The notes: generated by a model from the sequence alone, not told the origin. 64,000 nucleotides of DNA from a bacterium (GCA_037143195.1 JBAWZD010000002.1:3206-67205), one strand, 5' to 3'. Positions 52,644 through 61,551 are shown, counted from the stretch's first letter. Translations and numbers: made by a program.

Positions 52644-53165
52644 TTATCTTCGTCCACCACTGCGCATGAGGTATTTGTTTGGATTTTCGGAGAGATCGAG
52701 GAAATCGTCACAGACCTCTTTGAGTTTCATTGAGGAGGATTTTCCGAATGCGACGACTTCGACTTGCGTTCCACCATTCATCTGAAGATATTCGACGAGT
52801 GGAATGAAGTCTCCATCCCCTGAGGCAATGATAACAGTATCGACTTTGTGTGCCATCTTGATTGCATCAACGGCCAGACCGACGTCCCAGTCAGCTTTTT
52901 TCGCTCCACTTGAAAACACCTGAAGATCTTTAGTCTTGGTTTCGATACCGATTTTGGTGAGTGCATCAAAGAATGCTTTTTCATCCCCTGCCTCACTTGT
53001 GATGACGTACGCGATTGCGCGGATGAGTTTGCGACCGGCAAGTGCGTCTTTCAAAACTCCGGCGAAATTAACATATGATTTATACAGATTGCGGGCACTA
53101 TGATACAAATTCTGCGTGTCGATAAAAATGGCGACGCGCTGGTCTGGGTGTTTTACGATACTCAT
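52644..53165 (-). CDS. NYN-domain (LabA/PIN-like) putative nuclease, inserted between rpsO and pnp
   Basis: VAIFIDTQNLYHSARNL...VDTVIIASGDGDFIPLVEYLQMNGGTQVEVVAFGKSSS is the NYN (PF01936) pattern. The protein is 173 aa. Confidence 0.7.
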   Translation of the reverse strand: MSIVKHPDQRVAIFIDTQNLYHSARNLYKSYVNFAGVLKDALAGRKLIRAIAYVITSEAGDEKAFFDALTKIGIETKTKDLQVFSSGAKKADWDVGLAVDAIKMAHKVDTVIIASGDGDFIPLVEYLQMNGGTQVEVVAFGKSSSMKLKEVCDDFLDLSENPNKYLMRSGGRR

Positions 53166-53283
53166 ACAAAATACTTCCTGCTTATTATTAAAAAATACAA
53201 ACGACTTTTAAAAAGGTGAACGTGCTTAGTGTAACACAAAAAATGAGCACCCAAACAAAAATCCGGCGCGAGCCGGATTTTTG

Positions 53284-53547
53284 TTACTTAAGTTCGAGTT
53301 TCTTTACGACAGTTTCGTAACGAGACTTGTTCTTTCGTTCGAGGTATTTAAGGTGTGTTCGGCGATCTGCAACCATCTTGAGGAGGCCACGGCGGGAATG
53401 ATTATCCTTTTTGTGTTCCTTGAGGTGTTTTGCAAGTTCGTCAATGCGTGTGGACAAAATCGCGACCTGAACCTCTGGTGAACCAGTGTCCTTATCGTGA
53501 ATTTGGTGCTTTTTGACGACCGCCTGCTTCTTTTTTGTCTTTAACAT
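53284..53547 (-). CDS. rpsO: 30S ribosomal protein S15
   Basis: [73 protein letters not shown] fits S15. The ATG is at 53547; the ORF track is extended upstream. Confidence 0.9.
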   Translation of the reverse strand: MLKTKKKQAVVKKHQIHDKDTGSPEVQVAILSTRIDELAKHLKEHKKDNHSRRGLLKMVADRRTHLKYLERKNKSRYETVVKKLELK

Positions 53548-53592
53548 AGCTAGGGCAATAGTAGCATAGATTCTAAAATGATGCAAGTACCC

Positions 53593-53750
53593 CTCGTGTG
53601 GGGCGCGCAAGCAGGCATGTTCCCTGCCTTGTCTGCGAAATCTTGCTCGCGTAATTGATTTTTGTGGTATACACGCTACGCTTCCGAACCGCTCGCTCGG
53701 TCAGTCCTCGACTGCGGCAGGGAAATACCTGCTTGCACACCCCACACGAG
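53593..53750. repeat. structured element copy B: same core (inverted) closed by a 35-bp imperfect stem, in rpsO 5' region, adjacent to xerC promoter
   Basis: The arm ctcgtgtggggcgcgcaagcaggcatgttccctgcc (53593-53628) pairs with ggcagggaaatacctgcttgcacaccccacacgag (53716-53750). The interior 87 nt is the reverse complement of the copy A core. It is GC-rich relative to the genome. Confidence 0.6.
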
Positions 53751-53795
53751 TGAGACTTATTATTTTGCGACATATGTTTGGTATACTATATATAC

Positions 53796-54746
53796 ATGAG
53801 TAACGAGATTGAACGACTGAAACGAGAATTTCTCGAATACATGGAGATCGAACGAGGTTCAAGCCTCAAGACTGTTGGTAATTACGACCGATATCTTACT
53901 CGTCTGATTACTTTTTCGAAACTTACTTCTCCAAAAGATATTACCGATGACGCTCTCCGTGAATTTCGTCTCCACCTCAATCGCTCCCCTGGTGTTGCAG
54001 TCAAAGGACAGTCGCGTAGCACGATGAAAAAAAATAGCCAAAACTATCATCTCATCGCCACACGCAGATTTTTGAAATATCTCATGAAGCGCGGAATTAC
54101 TGCGCTCTCCCCTGACCGCATCGAGCTCGCAAAAGTTGGAGGGAGACAGCTCGACCTCATGTCGAGTACAGAGTTGAAACGTTTGCTCGATGCCCCGCTC
54201 CAAGAAACGGATTCCCAAAAGAATGTTTCTGCGCTTCGTGACAAGGCGATACTAGAACTATTTTTTTCGACGGGACTTCGTCTTGCGGAATTGTGCTCAC
54301 TCAATCGCGATCTTGATTTGTCAAAAGACGAATTCTCAATTCGTGGAAAGGGAGAAAAGGTACGTGTCGTTTTTTTGTCTGAGAGCGCAAAGAGTGCGAT
54401 CAAGGCATATCTCGCCTTGCGCAAAGATATGGATGAACCAATGTTCGTACAGTTTTCTCGAAACAAGAGTGCGTCTGAAGGAAATCGCAATGAATCCGCG
54501 CGGCTAACGCCGCGCTCCATCGAGCGCCTCGTCAAAAAATATTCCATCATCGCTGGTATCTCACGCAAAGTCACTCCGCACATCTTGCGTCACAGTTTTG
54601 CGACCGATCTTCTCGAAAATGGTGCAGACATTCGCAGTGTCCAAGTGATGCTTGGTCATGCGAACATTCAGACGACACAAATATATACGCACGTGACCGA
54701 CAAACAACTCAAGGAGATTCACAAGAAATTCCACAGCAATAAGTAG
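53796..54746 (+). CDS. xerC: tyrosine site-specific recombinase XerC/XerD family
   Basis: The N-terminal SAM-like domain is LEYMEIERGSSLKTVGNYDRYL. The catalytic region is HILRHSFATDLLENGADIRSVQVMLGHANIQTTQIYTHV (RHRY motif). The ATG is at 53796; the listed ORF starts at a TTG at 53778. Confidence 0.85.
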   Translation: MSNEIERLKREFLEYMEIERGSSLKTVGNYDRYLTRLITFSKLTSPKDITDDALREFRLHLNRSPGVAVKGQSRSTMKKNSQNYHLIATRRFLKYLMKRGITALSPDRIELAKVGGRQLDLMSSTELKRLLDAPLQETDSQKNVSALRDKAILELFFSTGLRLAELCSLNRDLDLSKDEFSIRGKGEKVRVVFLSESAKSAIKAYLALRKDMDEPMFVQFSRNKSASEGNRNESARLTPRSIERLVKKYSIIAGISRKVTPHILRHSFATDLLENGADIRSVQVMLGHANIQTTQIYTHVTDKQLKEIHKKFHSNK

Positions 54747-54768
54747 CGAGGTGTAGTAAACTAGAAGC

Positions 54769-55416
54769 ATGGATTATCAGGATCAGAATACGTACTTCGC
54801 ACGCGCATACCGCACCGGTACCGATCACTGGACGCATATCCCATTTACGCGTCGTGCACACGAAATAACAGAACATATTCCAAAGGGCTCATTGATTCTT
54901 GATTTGGGTACAGGACGAGGCAAGATTATGTTTGACCTCGCGAGTCTCGGTTATCGTGTGATTGGTTTGGAAAATAATCCAGAACTCGTTGCTCGGGGCA
55001 ATAACGCAATCTTGCTTCGAGGGCAAGAAAAAGAGCTTCGTTTCTTCGAAGGTGACGCACTCGATATTCCCCTTGCGAATGATAGTTTCGACGGGCTCAT
55101 CGACATGGGACTTCTGCATCACATTTCTCCTGAAGATTATATGAAGTATGTGGATGAAACAACGCGCGTTTTAAAAACAGGCGGATATTTTTTCCTTGCA
55201 GTGCTATCAAAAAATACCCCTGCGTTTTACTCATGGCGCCCTGTCGCGGACACAAAAAGTGATTATGAATTTGAAGGAGTAAAATATCATTTCTTTTCCG
55301 ATGAGGAATTGAAAGGTCTTTTTGAAAAGAATTTTGAAATTGTCGATTTCGCGCACGATTTGCCGTACGGACCAAAAGATGCAATATATAGTGTATTGCT
55401 TCTCAAAAAACGATGA
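54769..55416 (+). CDS. class I SAM-dependent methyltransferase
   Basis: Motif I is LILDLGTGRGKIMFDLASLGYRVIGLE. Motifs ALDIPLANDSFDGLIDMGLLHHI and VLKTGGYFFLAV are present. A 4-bp overlap (ATGA) couples it to xth. Confidence 0.75.
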   Translation: MDYQDQNTYFARAYRTGTDHWTHIPFTRRAHEITEHIPKGSLILDLGTGRGKIMFDLASLGYRVIGLENNPELVARGNNAILLRGQEKELRFFEGDALDIPLANDSFDGLIDMGLLHHISPEDYMKYVDETTRVLKTGGYFFLAVLSKNTPAFYSWRPVADTKSDYEFEGVKYHFFSDEELKGLFEKNFEIVDFAHDLPYGPKDAIYSVLLLKKR

Positions 55417-56180
55417 AAATACTTTCTTGGAATACAAACGGACTTCGCGCTACATTGCGGGACAATCTCTTTTTTCCTCTGTTTGAAAAAGAACAACCAG
55501 ATATTCTTGCCCTTCAAGAGACGAAGTGTGACCCATCGCAACTACCAATCGAGGCCGTGAATGTGAGCGGGTATCATTCATATTTTGCAGTTTCAACATA
55601 CAAAAAGGGTTATAGTGGTGTCGCTGTATATACAAAAGAAGAGCCACTCAAAGTAGAGTACGGTCTCGGTATCCCTCGCTTCGACGAACAAGGTCGCACG
55701 CTCGTACTTCATTTTAAAGATTTCGTTTTTATCAATTGTTATTTTCCGAACGGCGGAGGGGCTCCAGAAAAATTACAGTATAAACTCGATTTTTATGATG
55801 CATTTTTGAGTTTTACGCAGGAGCTCGCAAAGAAAATGCCCGTGCTTGTGACGGGTGATGTGAATGTTGCACATGAAGAGATTGATCTCGCTCGACCAAA
55901 AGAAAATAGCACGCACGTCGGCTTCTTGCCGGTCGAGCGCGCATGGCTCGACGAATTCCTTGCTCAAGGATTCACGGATGTCTTTCGTCACTTCTACCCG
56001 ACCAAAACGGATGCGTATACATATTGGGATCAATTCACCCATGCGCGCGAACGCAACGTCGGTTGGCGTATCGACTACTTTCTCGCCTCTCAAAAACTTA
56101 TGCCCCGCGTGCAATCAACCAGCATTCTGTCCGATTGGTACGGCTCCGACCACTGTCCGATAGCAATCGTCTTAAAATAA
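55413..56180 (+). CDS. xth: exodeoxyribonuclease III (AP endonuclease)
   Basis: MKILSWNTNGLRA is the N-terminus. Other motifs are LQETK, WRIDYFLAS and GSDHCPIAI. Confidence 0.9.
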   Translation: MKILSWNTNGLRATLRDNLFFPLFEKEQPDILALQETKCDPSQLPIEAVNVSGYHSYFAVSTYKKGYSGVAVYTKEEPLKVEYGLGIPRFDEQGRTLVLHFKDFVFINCYFPNGGGAPEKLQYKLDFYDAFLSFTQELAKKMPVLVTGDVNVAHEEIDLARPKENSTHVGFLPVERAWLDEFLAQGFTDVFRHFYPTKTDAYTYWDQFTHARERNVGWRIDYFLASQKLMPRVQSTSILSDWYGSDHCPIAIVLK

Positions 56181-56182
56181 GA

Positions 56183-56950
56183 TTATTCTTTTTGTGTTTT
56201 CCAGAGTGTACGAAATACTTCGCGCATATTATGTGCAAGTACTGCATCTCTGATTTCAACGAGATAAAATGGTCGCTCCGATGTTTGAATCATCGTAATA
56301 TAATCCCCCGTTATCCAGAGTGTGCCGGTGAACTCATTGTCACCGTTCCAAAATCGAATTTGTCTTCGGTCTATATTTTGCGCGATCATATGTTTTTCAA
56401 TCGTTGAATCGTTTGAAAAAAGTTTTAAGTCGATTTCTTTGGGTGCGTGTTTCCAATACCAGACAATCCATTTTTTGTAGTGTTCAACAAACGTGTGGTC
56501 TTGAAATCCCCACCATGTTGTTTCATTCGTTGCCGTGAGACTCTCGTTCCATCTCGGCACTGCTTCCTTGAGATATGATTCAAGTTCTTCCTCGTCAATG
56601 TATCGGATTTTGGGAATTGAAAATGTTTTCGAACCTGGAATATTCTTGAGTGCCTCCTTCAATGAGAGAATTGTTTCCTCTTTTTTTACAAATGTCTCGC
56701 GTTCTCGTGCAATCAGTCGATCAAGCTCACTTCCCTCCCGTGGTATCCAATACGTAATTTTTTCTCCTGTACTTTCGTGGATGAGCCCCATTTTCTTCAA
56801 TTCACTACAAACACTATATACCGTTGTGCGGTTGATATGCGTGAGTCGGCTCGCGCGGGCAGTAGAAATTTTGCCCGCTTCAACGATCACTCGGTATATT
56901 TTGCTTTCCTTGTCATTGAGCTCGAGTTTCTTGAGAAGTTCATCAAACAT
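56183..56950 (-). CDS. TrmB-family transcriptional regulator (wHTH + C-terminal domain)
   Basis: The N-terminal wHTH is ESKIYRVIVEAGKISTARASRLTHINRTTVYSVCSELKKMGLIHE. It is divergent from the Cys-rich protein gene. The ATG is at 56950. Confidence 0.6.
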   Translation of the reverse strand: MFDELLKKLELNDKESKIYRVIVEAGKISTARASRLTHINRTTVYSVCSELKKMGLIHESTGEKITYWIPREGSELDRLIARERETFVKKEETILSLKEALKNIPGSKTFSIPKIRYIDEEELESYLKEAVPRWNESLTATNETTWWGFQDHTFVEHYKKWIVWYWKHAPKEIDLKLFSNDSTIEKHMIAQNIDRRQIRFWNGDNEFTGTLWITGDYITMIQTSERPFYLVEIRDAVLAHNMREVFRTLWKTQKE

Positions 56951-57046
56951 ACTCAAAGTGTAGCTTTTGTCGAAAATTTGTCAACACATTATATATTTAT
57001 TTTGTAAGCATATATATTACTCCGTATGGAATTTGTTGCGAATAGT

Positions 57047-57076
57047 TTGACGTATTGAGTATAAATTCAGTATAAT
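57047..57076 (+). promoter_or_regulatory. sigma70-like promoter for the Cys-rich protein gene
   Basis: TTGACG (57047-57052), an 18-bp spacer, then TATAAT (57071-57076). The ATG at 57086 implies a very short leader. Confidence 0.45.
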
Positions 57077-57085
57077 GGTATCACT

Positions 57086-58870
57086 ATGGATGAAACAAAG
57101 ACGTGCCAGAATTGTTCGAAGCAGTTTATTGTTGATTCAGCCGACCACTCTTTTTATGAAAAAATGAAGGTTCCCTCGCCCACGTTTTGCGCTTTGTGTC
57201 GCGCGCAGCGTCGTCTCGCATTCCGCAATGAACGAGGATTGTATAAACGTAAGTGTGACTTTTCTGGCAAAGATATATTTTCAATGTACGCATCGGACTC
57301 CCCTGTCAAAGTGTATGAACGTGATGTTTGGCTTTCGGACCAATGGGACGCACTTGATTATGGCCGTGATATCGATTGGTCTCGTCCTTTTCTTGCTCAG
57401 ATCCGCGAGCTTATGCTAGAAGTTCCGTTTAAATCGAACAATGTCATTCGTGGATCAAAGAGTGATTATTCGAACAATGCGACTGATCCGAAAAATTGCT
57501 ACCTCGTATTTAATACGACGAGTCCAGAAGATTCAATGTACGCAAATGGTGTGAACTATATTCGCGATTGTGTCGACGTCTCGCACATTTCTCGTTCAGA
57601 AACATGCTATGAAAGTTTTTGGTTACAGTCGTGTTACCGCACGCACTATTCGTCGCAGTGTGCCGATTCGTCTGACCTTTGGTTTAGCCGTGACTGCCAA
57701 GGGTGTATGAATTGTTTTGGATGCGTGAATCTTCGTAAGCAGAATTATTGTTTCTTCAACGAACAACTCTCAAAAGAAGAATACGAGCAAAAAGTCAGAG
57801 AATACCAATTGCATACTCGTGATGGACTACTTCGCGCAAAGAGCGATGCGACAGAATTTTGGAGCAAATTCCCTCTCAAGGAACATCAGGGACTCAAGAA
57901 TACTGACTGCTCTGGATCATACGTGACGAATTCAAAAAATTGTCGCGATTGTTTCCTTGTTCGCGAAGGAGAAAACCTCCGCTACTGTCAGTACCAACAA
58001 GAAACTCCAGGGACAAAAGATTGTTATGATTATAGCAACTGGGGTGACAGTGCTGAATTATTATACGAAGCGGCAAGCTGCGGGTCAGGAGTACAAAATT
58101 GTAAATTTGTGTGGCAAAACATGGAAAATACTCATGACACAGAATATTGTTTGGCCTGCACACAAGGATGTGCAGATTTGTTTGGTTGTGTTGGTTTACG
58201 CAAAAAGCAATATTGTATTTTGAACAAACAATATACCAAAGAAGAATATGAAGCACTCGTGCCCAGAATTCGTGAACACATGATGACGATGCCGTATCTC
58301 GATGCAAAGGGACGTATTTATAAGTATGGAGAATTCTTTCCAAATGAATTCAGTCCATGGGCGTACAATGAAACAGTTGCTCAAGAATATTTTCCACTTA
58401 CCAAAGAGCAAGCACTTGCCGAGGGATATCGATGGCGCGAGGCAGAAGATCGCGGGTATGTTCCAACACTCACCATTTTAAATATTCCGAACGATATTAC
58501 AGAGACCCCTGATACAGTTACAAAGGAAATCATCGAATGTGCACACAAAGGTACTTGCAATCAAAACTGCACGAAAGCATTCCGCGTTATTCCCGACGAG
58601 CTGGCCTTCTATCGCAAGATAGGAGTACCTGTTCCAACTCTCTGCCCTGCATGTCGAACGATGGAGCGTCTCAAAATGCGTCTACCAATGAGTCTCTATA
58701 AGCGAAAGTGTTCCTGCGCCGGCACTCATTCAGACAACGGCATCTATGAAAACTCCATAGCGCATAGCCACGGAGGTGTTTCATGTGAAAACCAGTTTGA
58801 GACAGGGTATGAACCGGAATTAGGAGATATTGTCTATTGTGAGTCGTGTTACCAACAGGAATCTGCCTAG
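57086..58870 (+). CDS. Cys-rich protein with homologous N- and C-terminal zinc-ribbon modules and Cx2Cx2Cx2C clusters (uncharacterized family)
   Basis: The N-terminal module is CQNCSKQF..FYEKMKVPSPTFCALCRAQRRLAFRNERGLYKRKC. The C-terminal module is CTKAFRVIPDELAFYRKIGVPVPTLCPACRTMERLKMRLPMSLYKRKC. The middle contains CQGCMNCFGC and many CxxC pairs. A paralog lies at 1..1265. Confidence 0.6.
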   Translation: MDETKTCQNCSKQFIVDSADHSFYEKMKVPSPTFCALCRAQRRLAFRNERGLYKRKCDFSGKDIFSMYASDSPVKVYERDVWLSDQWDALDYGRDIDWSRPFLAQIRELMLEVPFKSNNVIRGSKSDYSNNATDPKNCYLVFNTTSPEDSMYANGVNYIRDCVDVSHISRSETCYESFWLQSCYRTHYSSQCADSSDLWFSRDCQGCMNCFGCVNLRKQNYCFFNEQLSKEEYEQKVREYQLHTRDGLLRAKSDATEFWSKFPLKEHQGLKNTDCSGSYVTNSKNCRDCFLVREGENLRYCQYQQETPGTKDCYDYSNWGDSAELLYEAASCGSGVQNCKFVWQNMENTHDTEYCLACTQGCADLFGCVGLRKKQYCILNKQYTKEEYEALVPRIREHMMTMPYLDAKGRIYKYGEFFPNEFSPWAYNETVAQEYFPLTKEQALAEGYRWREAEDRGYVPTLTILNIPNDITETPDTVTKEIIECAHKGTCNQNCTKAFRVIPDELAFYRKIGVPVPTLCPACRTMERLKMRLPMSLYKRKCSCAGTHSDNGIYENSIAHSHGGVSCENQFETGYEPELGDIVYCESCYQQESA

Positions 58871-58871
58871 A

Positions 58872-60398
58872 TTACTTCGTTACGCCATGTTTCGCGTGTA
58901 ACTTGGCGACTTCCTCTTCCTCGAGCTCTTCCTTGGCCTCTTTGGCTTTTTCGCCGAGCGATCGGAGGTCGCTATCGGACAAAAGGTCCAATTCCCCTAC
59001 TCTTTTATCAAGATATTCGCGATTGTTCTTCTTGGGTTCATCCAAAACCTCCTCAAGGAGGGCGTGAAGCATCCAGCCCATGCGAGGTCCCGGTTTCATG
59101 TGTAACTCACTCATGAGCGTATTTCCGTCTATAGCCAGCTGTCCAACAGAGATTGGGTCACGGAGGACCTCTTCGATCATAGCGTGATACTTACGGAGTC
59201 TATATGGAGCCTCCTTTTTTTTCATGCCCACACGGTCACATTCGCGGATTTCCATAAGGGTCCAGATGTTCTCCTTCCCTACCTTGGCGACGACTCGGCG
59301 CACGGCACTGAGTGAAATGGTCTCGGTGTCTGAGAAGAACATATGCTGGCGGACAAGCTTTACCACCAAATCCGTTGTTTTCTTTGGGAATTTCATGCGC
59401 TCAAAGATCTTTTGAGTCATTCTGGCCCCGACAACCTCGTGTCCGTAAAAGGTGTACTTCCCCTTCCCTCCTGCCTTCGTCCCGTCCCATCGACGGGTTC
59501 GAGGTTTGCCAATGTCATGAAACAAGGCCGCAAGGCGTACTTCCAGAGTCCAACCCTTCTCGGCTGCGTGCTGCAAAGCATGCAAAAGGTGCTCGTACAC
59601 ATCGTATATATGCTCCCCCTTCTGCTCGCACTTAATTCCCTCCTCAAGCTCAGGGACAAAAAGCTTTAAAAGACCGAGCTTTTGAAGCATTCCAACTCCG
59701 ACAGCCGGCTCAGGTGAAAGGATAATCTTCTCGAATTCATCTCGGATGCGCTCCGACGAGACCATTTTGAGCTTTTCTGCGTTGCCTGCTATGGCCAAAA
59801 GTGTTTCATGTGAAATGGAAAAGCCGAGTTGCACGGAGAATCGCACCGCTCGTAACATACGGAGAGCATCTTCAGTCAGGCGTTCAACAGGATCTCCTAC
59901 CGTTCGGATGACTTTGTCCTTTAAATCAGACTGTCCTTTATACAAATCGATCAGGTTTTCACGTGAAATGCTATATGCCATAGCGTTTATTGTGAAATCA
60001 CGGCGCATAAGGTCGTCCTCGATACGTCTACTGAATTTTACCTCATCTGGATGGCGGGAGTCACTATATGTTGACTCAGTGCGGTACGGGGTCACTTCAA
60101 CGGTGTGTGTTTCTTCTGAAGTTACATGTGTAACCTCAGTAATTGTTTCACGTGAAACAATTACTGCAACTGTCCCGAATTTGTTCTCGTATACAGTCTT
60201 TTCAAACAGAGGCATGATTTCCTCGGGCGTTGCATTTGTAGTTACATCCCAGTCCTTTGGTTCACGCGAAATTAGAAGGTCGCGTACGCAACCTCCGACA
60301 ATATATGCTTCGTAACCTGCCTTTTCGAGAGTCTCTGTTACATGTGTAACATAGGAGGGGATTAGGCTCCTTTGGATTAATTCAGTTGTGTGTTTCAT
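58872..60398 (-). CDS. cca: CCA-adding tRNA nucleotidyltransferase with HD domain
   Basis: The polymerase-beta head is LEKAGYEAYIVGGCVRDLL...DWDVTT...RRDFTINAMAY. The HD motif is LAALFHDIGK. The ATG at 60398 lies 14 nt downstream of the tRNA-Arg 3' end; the listed GTG start would overlap the tRNA. Confidence 0.85.
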   Translation of the reverse strand: MKHTTELIQRSLIPSYVTHVTETLEKAGYEAYIVGGCVRDLLISREPKDWDVTTNATPEEIMPLFEKTVYENKFGTVAVIVSRETITEVTHVTSEETHTVEVTPYRTESTYSDSRHPDEVKFSRRIEDDLMRRDFTINAMAYSISRENLIDLYKGQSDLKDKVIRTVGDPVERLTEDALRMLRAVRFSVQLGFSISHETLLAIAGNAEKLKMVSSERIRDEFEKIILSPEPAVGVGMLQKLGLLKLFVPELEEGIKCEQKGEHIYDVYEHLLHALQHAAEKGWTLEVRLAALFHDIGKPRTRRWDGTKAGGKGKYTFYGHEVVGARMTQKIFERMKFPKKTTDLVVKLVRQHMFFSDTETISLSAVRRVVAKVGKENIWTLMEIRECDRVGMKKKEAPYRLRKYHAMIEEVLRDPISVGQLAIDGNTLMSELHMKPGPRMGWMLHALLEEVLDEPKKNNREYLDKRVGELDLLSDSDLRSLGEKAKEAKEELEEEEVAKLHAKHGVTK

Positions 60399-60411
60399 TT
60401 GAAACGTTTTG

Positions 60412-60483
60412 TGCACCTGCCAGGATTCGAACCTGGAATAACGGTTTCGAAGACCGTTGTGATATCCATTTCACTACGGGTGC
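60412..60483 (-). tRNA. tRNA-Arg (anticodon UCG), CCA not encoded
   Basis: GCACCCG-UA-GUGA-AAUGGAUA-UCAC-A-ACGGU-CUUCGAA-ACCGU-UAUU-CCAGG-UUCGAAU-CCUGG-CAGGUGC-A gives a canonical cloverleaf with a canonical T-loop. There is one acceptor mismatch (C6·A67). Confidence 0.7.
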
Positions 60484-60508
60484 AGAAATTAATTAATAAT
60501 TCTTTGCG

Positions 60509-60537
60509 ATTATACGCTATTTTCGTCAATGTGCCAA
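60509..60537 (-). promoter_or_regulatory. sigma70-like promoter for tRNA-Arg/cca (minus strand)
   Basis: On the minus strand, TTGGCA, a 17-bp spacer and TATAAT lie about 25 nt upstream of the tRNA 5' end. Confidence 0.4.
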
Positions 60538-60569
60538 ATATTCTTTGAGAAATAAGGGTAGATATATAA

Positions 60570-60598
60570 TTGCAAAATTTAGACAAAAAGGGTAGAAT
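60570..60598 (+). promoter_or_regulatory. sigma70-like promoter for tRNA-Gly(GCC)
   Basis: TTGCAA, a 17-bp spacer and TAGAAT lie about 16 nt upstream of the tRNA start. Confidence 0.4.
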
Positions 60599-60614
60599 TG
60601 CTCGGTAGATTTTT

Positions 60615-60685
60615 GCGGCCATGGTTTAGTGGTAGAACACGTCCTTGCCAAGGATGAGACGGGAGTCCGATTCTCCCTGGCCGCA
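60615..60685 (+). tRNA. tRNA-Gly (anticodon GCC), CCA not encoded
   Basis: The acceptor stem GCGGCCA/UGGCCGC is 7 bp. The anticodon arm is CGUCC-UUGCCAA-GGAUG. The T-arm is GGGAG-UCCGAUU-CUCCC, which has the unusual C55. The discriminator is A. Confidence 0.7.
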
Positions 60686-60890
60686 CAAAGAATTTGTATT
60701 GGAACTATTTTGGTTTGAAAAAGACACAGTTTCATTCTATCGGAACAATTGTGCAAAACTGTGGATAAAGGTGGGGACTGTGTGCATAAAGGACACTTTT
60801 GCAAAGTGTCAGTATAAAAAATACGTTGATAAATAAGGATTTTATAAAGTACAGACTTTATAAACACCAATGTGAATAAGTCACACATAT

Positions 60891-61289
60891 ATGCCGAAGG
60901 TCTTTACATCAAAGTCACAAAGGACGGGGGAGTTTGGAGAGCAAATTGCTGTCCGATACTTGCAACGTAAGGGTTTTGTCGTTATTGAACGCAATTACAC
61001 GCGACCGTGTGGTGAAATCGATATTATTGCCCAATTTGGGGGTATCCGTCACTTTGTCGAGGTCAAAGCAATGACGGGAGCTCTCTCAAGCGTACAGTCA
61101 CGCGAAGGTATTTACCGTCCTGAAGACGGCATGCATTTTGAGAAGGTCCGAAGATTGCGTCGGACAGTAGCATCTTACCTCTCTGAAGGACACTGGAAGG
61201 GGGAATGGCAGTTTGATCTCGTTACTATTTGGCTGAATCCAACCACTCGGCAAGCGCAAGTGAAACACCTCGATAACATTATTTTATAA
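60891..61289 (+). CDS. yraN: YraN/UPF0102 family endonuclease
   Basis: GEFGEQIAVRYLQRKGFVVIERNYTRPCGEIDIIAQFGGIRHFVEVKA is the family signature. Confidence 0.8.
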   Translation: MPKVFTSKSQRTGEFGEQIAVRYLQRKGFVVIERNYTRPCGEIDIIAQFGGIRHFVEVKAMTGALSSVQSREGIYRPEDGMHFEKVRRLRRTVASYLSEGHWKGEWQFDLVTIWLNPTTRQAQVKHLDNIIL

Positions 61290-61339
61290 GCAAAAAAATT
61301 GTATTTCTTTCAAAGTACTGCTATAGTGTCTCGGTGCTA

Positions 61340-61410
61340 CGGGGCGTAGTATATCGGTAGTATGCGTGTTTTGGGAACACGAGGGCCGAGTTCGATTCTC
61401 GGCGCCCCGA
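61340..61410 (+). tRNA. tRNA-Pro (anticodon UGG), CCA not encoded
   Basis: The acceptor CGGGGCG/CGCCCCG has the Pro-specific C1:G72. The anticodon arm is CGUGU-UUUGGGA-ACACG. The T-loop is UUCGAUU. The discriminator is A. Confidence 0.7.
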
Positions 61411-61438
61411 CACTCTTTTGCTCAATTCTGAGTAAATA

Positions 61439-61470
61439 CAAAAATACCAAGCAATTGCTTGGTATTTTTG
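61439..61470. terminator. bidirectional terminator between convergent tRNAs
   Basis: caaaaataccaagc-aatt-gcttggtatttttg. Confidence 0.5.
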
Positions 61471-61480
61471 TATTTCGCTG

Positions 61481-61551
61481 TGCGGGATAGGAGAGTCGAA
61501 CTCCTCACCACAGTTTGGAAAACTGTTGTTTTACCGATAAACTAATCCCGC
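61481..61551 (-). tRNA. tRNA-Gly (anticodon UCC), CCA not encoded
   Basis: GCGGGAU-UA-GUUU-AUCGGUA-AAAC-A-ACAGU-UUUCCAA-ACUGU-GGUG-AGGAG-UUCGACU-CUCCU-AUCCCGC-A. Anticodon loop positions 34-36 are UCC. Confidence 0.7.

Noticed and set aside
53778-53795. TTG start at 53778 for xerC
   Set aside because: It lies inside the probable -10 region (tatata). The ATG at 53796 gives the conserved N-terminus MSNEIERLKREFLEYM.
61481-61551. Initial reading of this tRNA as tRNA-Trp(CCA)
   Set aside because: Careful parsing gives the anticodon stem ACAGU/ACUGU with loop UUUCCAA, so positions 34-36 are UCC (Gly), not CCA.
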